Origin: a virus
IMG/VR virus record: IMGVR_UViG_3300032285_001268
Coordinates: 32,001 to 96,000 of that record
Direction: 5' to 3' (one strand)
DNA length: 64,000 bases
In this document: one piece after another, positions 55,537 to 64,000 of the stretch
How the letters are laid out: every line of letters starts with the position of its first letter
Position numbering within the stretch: the stretch's first letter is position 1
Position numbers and translations under genes: made by a program
Notes under the pieces: generated by a model
Seen by the model: the letters and a program-made list of their open reading frames with translations, nothing else
Told to the model about the DNA's origin: nothing
The model's database searches: none

Positions 55537-57003
55537 TTATCTGTAAGTGATTCTAATCATTCCAGGCATTCCTGGCTGTCCTTGCGCACAACTGCCGCCA
55601 ACAACATAATATGTTGATCCGCCTGTGCCAGGACTATACTGCGAGCTAACATACGCCCAACCTGCCATACTTACTGCGTTACAGTATGGTGTAGGATCGT
55701 AGCCGTTACCAGTTCTTCCTTGAACTACCCAACCACCGCATTGGTTAACTAAACCAGCTGGGAATGGTACAAATGTCTTATTCCAGCATACGTTGTCGCA
55801 ACAAACATGATAGTAACAACCTTTAACGCCTTGAATATTTATATCGCCGCCATATGCACAAGCATTAATCGGGGCAAATCCACTAATAGTTGTCGCTGCC
55901 GCTGTACTTGAACGGTCAACAGTCCAAACTGTAGGGCTTGTACAACCAATAATAGTTGTACCACCTGTTACGTTTGTACCAGTTAGTGTGTAGTTTAAGC
56001 CAAACGATCCAGATACTGTACCGCCTGCTGTAAATGTTGTTCCGCTGATTGTACCAGCAGATGCTGTTGCGGTTGCTGTTTGTGAACAACCTGGTGCGCA
56101 AGTACAGAATGAGAAACAGCATGCTGGGTAGCAGTAAGAGCATCCACCAAATCCGCCTTCAGCGCAGAAGTTGTTTACACAGTATGGGTTACCGTACTGT
56201 ATTGTATATAATGTATTGTTTGAGTTAGTTGCTGAAGCCGCATTACTCATTGTAGCCGCAAAACCATAGATCGGAGCAGGACCCCATGTAAAGTTTTGGT
56301 TAATACCCCAAATAGAACCTTGGCCAGAACCGCTAACGTTAGAACAAATGTAGGTATTATTTGAGAAACATGTACCGCCAGTTTGGAAAGTTTGCTGTGC
56401 CCAAATACACATACCAACAACTGGAGTTCCGCAAACGATTGGACCTACACAGAACTGGTTGCTACCTACGCAACCACAACTTGTGTAGAAGCTGTTGACT
56501 GCTGTAATTGTTGTACTTCCAGGAATACCTGTACCAGTGATAGTTGCACCAACCATACCTAGAGTACACATACATGTACCAAATGTTGTTGATGTATTAC
56601 ATGTTGTACCGCAAACGTTTAGGATTGGACCGCATACTACTGTAGTACAACCTCTTGAACCAGTTGTACCGCATGCGCAGTCTGTTGCGCCAGCTTGGCA
56701 TGTGATAAAGCAAGTGCAAGGAATAACTGTTAAGGTCTTTTTGCTGTATGCACCTGATGATCCTGGAGGACCGCCAGCGCAACAGCATGAGCCTGCACCG
56801 CCACCGCCACCGCCCCATAGTTCGATGGTTGCAACGCAATATTGTAGTGTTGGTGGAACTACCCAAGCACGGCAGCAAATCTCATGAACTGCCGCAAAAC
56901 AGCACTGCCAACAACCAGACCACATGAACCATTGACATCCATTTGGTAAGTTTTGGGCTGCCGCCTCTCCTGGTTGTGATAGTAAACTTCGTAAATTTGA
57001 CAT
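55537..57003 (-). CDS. Cys/Gly-rich virion-like protein, paralogue 1
   Basis: 46 Cys in 488 aa (hand count); WGGGGGGAGSCCC, NFCAEGG, GMIRITYR. Confidence 0.75.
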   Translation of the reverse strand: MSNLRSLLSQPGEAAAQNLPNGCQWFMWSGCWQCCFAAVHEICCRAWVVPPTLQYCVATIELWGGGGGGAGSCCCAGGPPGSSGAYSKKTLTVIPCTCFITCQAGATDCACGTTGSRGCTTVVCGPILNVCGTTCNTSTTFGTCMCTLGMVGATITGTGIPGSTTITAVNSFYTSCGCVGSNQFCVGPIVCGTPVVGMCIWAQQTFQTGGTCFSNNTYICSNVSGSGQGSIWGINQNFTWGPAPIYGFAATMSNAASATNSNNTLYTIQYGNPYCVNNFCAEGGFGGCSYCYPACCFSFCTCAPGCSQTATATASAGTISGTTFTAGGTVSGSFGLNYTLTGTNVTGGTTIIGCTSPTVWTVDRSSTAAATTISGFAPINACAYGGDINIQGVKGCYYHVCCDNVCWNKTFVPFPAGLVNQCGGWVVQGRTGNGYDPTPYCNAVSMAGWAYVSSQYSPGTGGSTYYVVGGSCAQGQPGMPGMIRITYR

Positions 57004-57015
57004 TTCCTTCTTACC

Positions 57016-58047
57016 TTATCTATATGTTATTCTAATCATGCCTGGACCACCTGGGTATCCGTAACAGCAAGGGTTACCGCATGATGTTGCAGTCATACCG
57101 CCCTGTCCTGGTAAGAATCCAGTACGGTCTGTTGCTGTATCAATGGGGAATCCAATGTTTACTGTACAACGTGACCAGTCTTGTAAACAAGCATCGCCCT
57201 GTGTACGCTGTGGCATATATCCACCGCCGGTATTTACTAGGCCGCCTGGGAATGGTACATATTGGAACCAATAGCATGATGATCCGCAACCACACATAGT
57301 CCATAAGTAACCTGAACGTCCTGGAGCTCCGCAATCTGCACCGAAGAAACAAACACAACTTTGTTCGTTATAAGATCCCAAATAAATTGCACCGTAGTAG
57401 CAACATTGGCTAGCGAATGTCGGATAGTTACCCCAGAATGTGAAACAGCAACCAACACCGCCCATACCGCCTTCAGCACATAGGTTGCATAGTCCCTGTC
57501 CCTGTACCCATGTTGTACAACCAGTACAGCCACGTGGGTCGATACTACAACCAGCTGGATAAGCAACTGCCATACAGTAACAGCATCCTGGGCTTGTATA
57601 ACCCCAAACGTTGCCGCAATTACACAGTGAACCTGTGTTTTGTAAGTAACCGGTTTGATTTTGCTGAAGACCTGCGCCAGGTCGTCCTGCTGAGTTATCA
57701 GTACCAATACAGCATACTGCACCTGTACCTGCACAAACTTGTTGTGAAATTAATAATGTTTTAACCGCATAAGCACCAGAACCGCCTGGCATACCTTGCA
57801 TACAGCAACATCCGCCTGCGCCTGCGCCGCCACCACCGATTAATTCAAATGTTACACAGCAACGTGTGTCAGCTGGTACGCACCACTGTTGCATACAGTT
57901 GGCGTTATATGAGTTGTCAGGTGTATTTTGGCAGTGGTTCATAAAAATGAACGTACAGCCTTGAGGGACATATGGTGAGTTCGTAAAGCTCTGACTGCAT
58001 TGGAACTTCTGTCCTGGTTGATATAATAATGATCGTAATGTTGCCAT
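57016..58047 (-). CDS. Cys/Gly-rich virion-like protein, paralogue 2
   Basis: 38 Cys in 343 aa (hand count); IGGGGAGAGGCCC, NLCAEGG, GMIRITYR. Confidence 0.75.
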   Translation of the reverse strand: MATLRSLLYQPGQKFQCSQSFTNSPYVPQGCTFIFMNHCQNTPDNSYNANCMQQWCVPADTRCCVTFELIGGGGAGAGGCCCMQGMPGGSGAYAVKTLLISQQVCAGTGAVCCIGTDNSAGRPGAGLQQNQTGYLQNTGSLCNCGNVWGYTSPGCCYCMAVAYPAGCSIDPRGCTGCTTWVQGQGLCNLCAEGGMGGVGCCFTFWGNYPTFASQCCYYGAIYLGSYNEQSCVCFFGADCGAPGRSGYLWTMCGCGSSCYWFQYVPFPGGLVNTGGGYMPQRTQGDACLQDWSRCTVNIGFPIDTATDRTGFLPGQGGMTATSCGNPCCYGYPGGPGMIRITYR

Positions 58048-58060
58048 AGTTTTCTTCTTT

Positions 58061-58993
58061 TTATCTCACACAAACTGTATCGTAGGACATTGAAATTCTA
58101 ATCATGCCGCCAGCACCACCAGTACCGCAATAACAGTTACCTGCACATGCTACCGCTGTTGCACCGCCAACACCCGGAGTTCTAATGTTTGAGCCGCCAA
58201 TGATACCGTAGCCTACACGACAGCTATCCCATGAACCTGGCTGGTTTGCATCACATATACGTTCAGCAATATAAGTTTGACCAGCCGCTGTTTGCGATGG
58301 ACTTGTCATATGACTTGGCACAGCAAAAATATGCTTGTATTGACATGAGTTTTGGTTGCATGAGTCAGTGTACAAGAAGCTGTTGCATCCTGGTGCACCG
58401 TAGTCAGCACCAAAATAACATGCACACCATTGGCCTACAAAGCAACACATTGATCCTTGTGACCAACCTGCGTTACATTTACCAGTAAACAATGGGTTAC
58501 ATTGATACGGGAAAAATGGCCAGCAATATGAACATCCTGGTATTCCACCTTCTGCACAGAAATTACTTAGACCGTAACCTGTGATGTAGGTTGTACATCC
58601 TCTAAATCCACAGCCCATTGTTGGTGCGCAACATGTTGCGTATCCTGGGAATAGCTGATAACAGCATCCTGCTAGACCGCCCATTGTAGTTGCACAAACT
58701 GTTTTTCTTGCATAAGCTCCTGCGCCGCCGGGGATACCCCACGAACAGCAACACGAACCTGCACCACCACCACCGCCACCCCAGATTTCAAAAGTCAAGC
58801 GAGTCACGCCGGCAGGCACTACCCAACAACATAATGCATTTCTGCAATAGTTGTTGTCAAAACTGATGTTACACATGCCCACAAAGACTAACTCTGAACC
58901 TGTCTTCAGACGACTCAGAGGCTGAGTCCTGTTAGACATATCAGGTGTCGTATAATCTGCGTAAGCTGGTAACAGTGATCTAAGATTAGACAT
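58061..58993 (-). CDS. Cys/Gly-rich virion-like protein, paralogue 3
   Basis: 32 Cys in 310 aa (hand count); WGGGGGGAGSCCC, NFCAEGG, GMIRIS. Confidence 0.75.
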   Translation of the reverse strand: MSNLRSLLPAYADYTTPDMSNRTQPLSRLKTGSELVFVGMCNISFDNNYCRNALCCWVVPAGVTRLTFEIWGGGGGGAGSCCCSWGIPGGAGAYARKTVCATTMGGLAGCCYQLFPGYATCCAPTMGCGFRGCTTYITGYGLSNFCAEGGIPGCSYCWPFFPYQCNPLFTGKCNAGWSQGSMCCFVGQWCACYFGADYGAPGCNSFLYTDSCNQNSCQYKHIFAVPSHMTSPSQTAAGQTYIAERICDANQPGSWDSCRVGYGIIGGSNIRTPGVGGATAVACAGNCYCGTGGAGGMIRISMSYDTVCVR

Positions 58994-59009
58994 TTATTTT
59001 TCCTACTGA

Positions 59010-59336
59010 TTAAGATCCTGCTATGATCCAGCCGCTGTAAGCGGTTACCCAGATTAATGTTATACTTGCAAAGCTAACGTTGATAGTTAGAGCTTCAGTC
59101 AAATTTTGAATTTTATTACCGTTGTTGTTAACTGTAATATTGTTTGTAAAAGCATTACCACCGACGTCGATGATTTGAATTGTATCACCGTCTATACCTG
59201 TTGAAGGTAGGGTGATAGTAAAAGCGCCGCCTGTGCTGTTTGCTAAAATTCTATCGTTGGCTACTGCTGTGTAAGTTGTACTAATTTGTCGTACTACTGC
59301 ACCAGCGGTACCAGTTGTTGTAATATATCGTCCCAT
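59010..59336 (-). CDS. Tail-fibre-associated protein (T4 gp34 N-terminal-repeat-like)
   Basis: NSTGGAFTITLP...GDTIQIID..G.AFTNNITV pattern. Confidence 0.6.
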   Translation of the reverse strand: MGRYITTTGTAGAVVRQISTTYTAVANDRILANSTGGAFTITLPSTGIDGDTIQIIDVGGNAFTNNITVNNNGNKIQNLTEALTINVSFASITLIWVTAYSGWIIAGS

Positions 59337-59359
59337 ATAAATTCCCCTAACAGTATTAT

Positions 59360-59686
59360 TTATGACGTTGAGGTCTCAATCCCATAGGCCACAGCATTTA
59401 CGTTTGTTGTGCTAGAGCGCACTAAAATGCTGTTTCCAGGACTTAAAACCAACCCTGTTCTTTCTAAAACACCCCTTGCTAGTATTTCTGTTTCATATTC
59501 AATAAATTCACCGTTAGCAATCGATGAAGTTGAAGCACAAATGCCCATTCTCACCGTGATTGATTGGTTGGATCTATTGACAATGTTCACAGAAGCTACT
59601 GTAAAAAATCCTGTAGGAGCCGTATAAAGTAGGGTGTCTGTTCCTGCTGAAACAATGTCTACCGCTCCTAGTCTTCCTGATGCCAT
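59360..59686 (-). CDS. Small conserved virion-associated protein
   Basis: MASGRLG...LYTAP...VNIVNR...AVAYGIE. Confidence 0.65.
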   Translation of the reverse strand: MASGRLGAVDIVSAGTDTLLYTAPTGFFTVASVNIVNRSNQSITVRMGICASTSSIANGEFIEYETEILARGVLERTGLVLSPGNSILVRSSTTNVNAVAYGIETSTS

Positions 59687-59701
59687 ATTAATTCTCCGTT
59701 T

Positions 59702-62700
59702 TTATGATAGTAAGAAATTCATTGCTAGTGGGACGCCGTCAATTCCGCCTACAAAGTACATCTTATTGTTTACAGTAATCTGTACACCTGTAGTTGTAGA
59801 AATTGAGTTACCTGAAATGTATATTACGCCTGCTGTCAATGTATTTACGTTTAATGTGCTTCCGCCGCCACCAATTTGGCTACTAATGTAGGACTTGATT
59901 GCCTTCTGTGTAGGGACAATGTTGTCTGAGTTAGCAGTAAAATATGGATCTGTTGAAAACTGTGTGATAGTTGCGCTACCACTACCCACCGCTACTGAGC
60001 CTAACTGTAAGCTCTGTAGACCAGCTAAGTTGAATGCGTTAGCGTTCAATGTTGCAACACCTGTACTTTGTACAACTGTAAACAAGTTACCAACGTTGAA
60101 GTTACCGTCTTGGTCAGTGCTTGTAAAGAATGTACGTCCGCCGCCGAACGCAACAGTTTGTTTTGTTGAGTCAGCCGCGATAGCTGGGGTATTTGGATAA
60201 TTGGTGCTAACTTGGTTGCCTGTACCAACGTTCAAGAAGTCATGTCCAGTTAAACGAACCTGACTGTACTTCAACCTTAATGTTGCCGTCGCATTGTGCG
60301 CAGGTGCTGGTGTTGAGCCAGCCGCAGTAAACGATGGATTAATTTGGAACTGAGCAGTATATGGAGCAAGTCCGCTGCCGCCCGTTGGTAGAATATTTGT
60401 GATAGCTACTAGCTTGTAGTAGTTAGGATCGCCTGCAAATGTTATGTTACTACCAGGTGTTGGAGTTGTGTAAATTCCAGACACGTTGATGTAACTTCCT
60501 AACTGATACAAATCAGAGTAACCATTACCTGTTACTGATACGTTACTTACTGTTGCGTAGCTAGTACCTCTATTGGTAAATGTTGGATTAGCCAATACGC
60601 CAGTACCTCTACGTACAATAAAGTTTGTAGTAAATGTTGCACCAGGTGTTGCAGTACCGGTAGTTGTTGTTAAGGCAAATACTGGACTTGCGGCTGTAGC
60701 ATTAGCGTAAGTATCTGTAATTTGAATACTTGTAGAGCTGTTTACTTTGCCCACATAGTAGGTTGTACCAGTAGAGTAGCTACCAATACTACCGCCTGTG
60801 AATGTGCCAGTAACTACGATAGCCTGTCCAACATAGTAAGTACCTGCTGTTACAGTTAGTGTACCTACTAGATCAGCAATTACCACTGAAGCAATAATAC
60901 TTGTTGGCGATGTTGCGCTTTGGTTTGGATCAACTACAGATACTACTGGAGTTGTTGTATATCCGCTACCTGGCTCAACTATACGCCATTCAGTAATTAA
61001 ACCGCCGGCAATTTTTACACGACCTTGTGCAGTTGGACCAGTTACGATACTATTAGCAGTAGTGCTACCAGTTGTAAATGCTACCCATAGTGGGTTTCCG
61101 CCTGGGTTACCAAATACAGAGAATGGCCATGTGTTGCTTGTGGTCAATGTCTGTTTAGTCCATGTGATACCGTCTTCTGATGTTGCCGCAGTTGCAGTTT
61201 GACCAGCTGTTGAGTTCCATGAACCGCCCTGTGTGCTTAGTGTAGCCACAGGAACTAGTGTAGAACTTGTACTTAATGTTACTTGGTTGCTGTTGATGCT
61301 AGCAATGTAGTAGGTTGTACCTGATTGTAATCCGCCAAATACTGAACCAAATACTGAAGTCCAACTTGCGACTGATGTTGTCAATGCTAGTGGACTGCTA
61401 CCGTAAGCTGAACCAAGTGTTACTTGTCCGCTTGTTGGTATTGTTAGTACGTAGTAGGTTGCACCGCTAACTAGACCAGCTAAGTTGTATGCACCGCTAG
61501 TAGCATAAGCAGTAATTGTTGTACTTGCTGTCTGTACTGGAAGACCTGAAACTGTATAGCTTATAGCAGTTGTTGGAACACCTGATACGCTTTCTGTTGC
61601 TGGAACATAGGCGTTTGTTGGAGTGCCCGATGTTACTTGGTTCAATGCGTAGGTACCTTGAGCGCCAGCTGTGGTCAATGTAACTGCACCACTTAGCGCA
61701 CCAATTAAGTTTTTGCTGATAGTAATTATACTACCATTGATACCGGTAACTAGTGATCCACCTTGTATTACAGCACCAGTACCGTCACTGATAATCTGTC
61801 CAACTACTACTGATGCAATAGTACCAGTTGTAAATGTGCTCAATGTTATTGTATTAGTACCTGTTGTACCTGTACCAGTTGCGGCAGCCACAGTTGCTAC
61901 TGTACTTGTAGATTGTGTTACAATGTATGAACCGTATGTTACTGAACCACCATATAGGTATTCAGCATTAGCTAGACCAGTTGTACCTGATTGAGTAGTC
62001 AATGTTGGAACAACGCAAGCTGAAACGTTACCAGCAACAGGAGTTGTACCTGTACCGCCAGTGTTGTTGTATACTTGGATTGTAATTACAGTGTTACTTG
62101 TGATAGCTGTTACTGTTACTACACTTGGTGATCCACCAAATATTGCGCCAGTGCCACTGGTTGCTTGTATCCATGAACCAACTTGAACATAACGTAGGTC
62201 AAATGCTGAGCCACCTGTTAGTGTTGCTACCCACGGACTTGCCGATGTTCCAGCTCCACTAATTGCGCTAACTGCCACTGTACCACCGCCAGCTGTAATG
62301 TTGCTGAAAGTTGGAGTTGCAATTGAACCAAATGGTTGTGCTGTCATTGGTGCGTATAGTGCATATAAACCAGGACCGCTTACTGCCTGAACGTTTAAGG
62401 ATGCATTTAGGTTACCAACTAGCGGTGAGCTAATTGTCACTGTGCTTGCGCTTATGTTAATTGCTGTGATTGTAACGCCAGCAAGCAATCCGCTATTAGT
62501 ACCGTTGACTAAATGATTTCCTATTGATATTGAATTAATAGTACCTGTTGTAAAGCCACTTACTGTTAGTACGTTAGATCCTGTATAACCAAAGAATGTT
62601 GCAGTAGCAAGAATTGTGTTAGTATTAGTTGTTTGACCAACAATGTATGTTCCTACTGGAACAACTGCTGAAGCAGTTCCAGATAATTGTTGACCTGCTG

Positions 62701-64000
62701 ACAAGCCTGAGCTTGTTGCGCCAGCATTTAGGTAAACTGTGCTTACGTTAGCCACTATACCTGCAACTGGAGTTTGACCGCCAGTTACTGTGTATGTAAG
62801 TACAGTTCCGCTTGTGATACTTGTTACTACCACGCTTGTTGGTTCACCTTGATATAATGAACCAGTAGTACCTGCTACAGTTGATGTTGTAGCTGTGATA
62901 GTCATACCTACCATGTAACCGCTTGTATTTGCTACAGTTAATGTAGCTGTCCAAGGACCAGTACCTGTAATACTGCTCACAGTACCTGTAGTTGATAATA
63001 CTGGAGTTGTGAATGTTCCAGATACAACTGAACCTGTATTAATTGTACTGATAGTTGAAGCATTCGGATAAACACCGGTTCCAGATACAATCATACCTGT
63101 TGCCAATGTACCAGTTACTGCGGTAGTTGGGGTTAAAACGTTGCCGATTGCACCACCGGTTCCTAATCCAGTTGGGCCAACACCGTTTGAAATAAATCCA
63201 GTAACGCTTGCTTGGTTCCACTGTCCGCCTGCGGTAAATGTCCATGAGCCTACACCGTTGGTCACTGTGAATGGTGAACCGTTATAGCTTGTTGCAACTA
63301 CAATCTGATTAGTACCAGTATTGTTTGTCAATACATAGTATGGATATCCTGCTTGTAATCCGCCTAGTGAAGCGCCGACTAAACTTGTCCATGCTCCTGC
63401 ACCGTTAGCTAGTGAAACTACAGGAGTTAAACTTGCACTGGTAGACAATGTTACGTTTGATCCACTTACAGAAGCAATGTAGTATGTTTGACCTGATGTT
63501 AATCCGCCAAATACTGTACCTGCAACACCTGTCCAATATCCAGCCGCATTACTTTGTGTAATTGCGCCCGAGCTTGGAGCAAGACCAACTGTAATAGTAC
63601 TTGCTGTTCCAGTAATTGTTGTTGATGCAACTGTCTGGCTTGTGCTCACATACCATGTTGAACCTGCGCCACTTCCTGAAATGTTTTGTGTAATATAAGT
63701 ACCAGTAACTACACCAGTTCCTGTTAACACCATACCAACTGTGATTGTTCCTGAACCAACAGTACCAACTGTTAGTACATAACCACTAATTGAACTGGTC
63801 AACATGCTGGCAGTTGCCGAGTTAGTTGCTTGGATATAGTAGGTTGTTCCTGATGTTACACCAGTACCCATTGATGCACCTGCAGAACTTGTCCATGCAC
63901 CTGCGGCATTGCTTACTGACGCATTAGAGCCGCCAAACGATGTAGAAACAGTTACGTTAGAACCTTGGATGCCTGTAATATAGTAAGTTGAACCAGAGTT
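59702..64000 (-). CDS. Very large Thr/Gly/Ser-rich tail-fibre/structural protein, 5'-truncated by the window edge
   Basis: The frame stays open for 43 codons upstream of the track start (63871) to position 64000; repeated GGLxSGxTYY modules; C-terminal HDFLNVGTG...TDQDGNF. Confidence 0.8.
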   Translation of the reverse strand, partial: NSGSTYYITGIQGSNVTVSTSFGGSNASVSNAAGAWTSSAGASMGTGVTSGTTYYIQATNSATASMLTSSISGYVLTVGTVGSGTITVGMVLTGTGVVTGTYITQNISGSGAGSTWYVSTSQTVASTTITGTASTITVGLAPSSGAITQSNAAGYWTGVAGTVFGGLTSGQTYYIASVSGSNVTLSTSASLTPVVSLANGAGAWTSLVGASLGGLQAGYPYYVLTNNTGTNQIVVATSYNGSPFTVTNGVGSWTFTAGGQWNQASVTGFISNGVGPTGLGTGGAIGNVLTPTTAVTGTLATGMIVSGTGVYPNASTISTINTGSVVSGTFTTPVLSTTGTVSSITGTGPWTATLTVANTSGYMVGMTITATTSTVAGTTGSLYQGEPTSVVVTSITSGTVLTYTVTGGQTPVAGIVANVSTVYLNAGATSSGLSAGQQLSGTASAVVPVGTYIVGQTTNTNTILATATFFGYTGSNVLTVSGFTTGTINSISIGNHLVNGTNSGLLAGVTITAINISASTVTISSPLVGNLNASLNVQAVSGPGLYALYAPMTAQPFGSIATPTFSNITAGGGTVAVSAISGAGTSASPWVATLTGGSAFDLRYVQVGSWIQATSGTGAIFGGSPSVVTVTAITSNTVITIQVYNNTGGTGTTPVAGNVSACVVPTLTTQSGTTGLANAEYLYGGSVTYGSYIVTQSTSTVATVAAATGTGTTGTNTITLSTFTTGTIASVVVGQIISDGTGAVIQGGSLVTGINGSIITISKNLIGALSGAVTLTTAGAQGTYALNQVTSGTPTNAYVPATESVSGVPTTAISYTVSGLPVQTASTTITAYATSGAYNLAGLVSGATYYVLTIPTSGQVTLGSAYGSSPLALTTSVASWTSVFGSVFGGLQSGTTYYIASINSNQVTLSTSSTLVPVATLSTQGGSWNSTAGQTATAATSEDGITWTKQTLTTSNTWPFSVFGNPGGNPLWVAFTTGSTTANSIVTGPTAQGRVKIAGGLITEWRIVEPGSGYTTTPVVSVVDPNQSATSPTSIIASVVIADLVGTLTVTAGTYYVGQAIVVTGTFTGGSIGSYSTGTTYYVGKVNSSTSIQITDTYANATAASPVFALTTTTGTATPGATFTTNFIVRRGTGVLANPTFTNRGTSYATVSNVSVTGNGYSDLYQLGSYINVSGIYTTPTPGSNITFAGDPNYYKLVAITNILPTGGSGLAPYTAQFQINPSFTAAGSTPAPAHNATATLRLKYSQVRLTGHDFLNVGTGNQVSTNYPNTPAIAADSTKQTVAFGGGRTFFTSTDQDGNFNVGNLFTVVQSTGVATLNANAFNLAGLQSLQLGSVAVGSGSATITQFSTDPYFTANSDNIVPTQKAIKSYISSQIGGGGSTLNVNTLTAGVIYISGNSISTTTGVQITVNNKMYFVGGIDGVPLAMNFLLS

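Noticed and set aside
86-63245. Numerous short opposite-strand or out-of-frame ORFs in the track (e.g. 86-424, 1136-1399, 7011-7367, 26809-27246, 48918-49529)
   Set aside because: They shadow well-supported genes, lack an RBS or promoter and carry no motifs.
59702-63871. Track start at 63871 as the true start of the large fibre gene
   Set aside because: The frame is open to the window edge and continues the same repeat module.
1-64000. CRISPR array, integrase/prophage boundary, IS element, DGR or retron
   Set aside because: No regularly spaced repeat-spacer units, and no integrase, transposase or reverse transcriptase motifs were seen. The repeats found are promoter/RBS blocks or protein-coding repeats.

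Overview
A 64-kb piece of a large, AT-rich, T4-like (contractile-tailed) jumbo phage genome read in the standard genetic code. The host cannot be determined from this window; GT9/GmhB-like genes hint at a Gram-negative host. 1-8.1 kb (+) is an early cassette of about 25 small ORFs, with 15 near-consensus sigma70 promoters, a shared extended RBS (AGGAGCGAAC), a tRNA-Ile2(CAU), a roughly 190-nt structured ncRNA candidate and 3'-UTR hairpins whose loops are the exact antisense of that RBS. 9.3-25.3 kb (-) holds auxiliary and replication/recombination genes: PrmC-like methylase, gp41 helicase, a half carbamoyltransferase, primase, a 192-aa mini-DnaE, gp62-like clamp loader, 2OG oxygenase, UvsW, UvsY, UvsX and gp32. 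25.4-43.5 kb holds packaging, head and tail genes: candidate internal proteins, gp17, gp16, gp4, tube, an 1106-aa sheath, HNH, dNMP kinase, gp13/14/15 and a NUDIX hydrolase. 43.6-64 kb (-) holds Thr/Gly/Ser-rich fibre proteins interrupted by a pseudo-GmhB / carbamoyltransferase / GT9 cluster and three Cys-rich paralogues; the last fibre gene runs off the window. All protein calls come from motif recognition by eye, not database searches. Best leads: (1) a candidate antisense-to-RBS small-RNA switch for the early genes, (2) the mini-DnaE, (3) the structured ncRNA, (4) a possible virion-fibre modification cluster.
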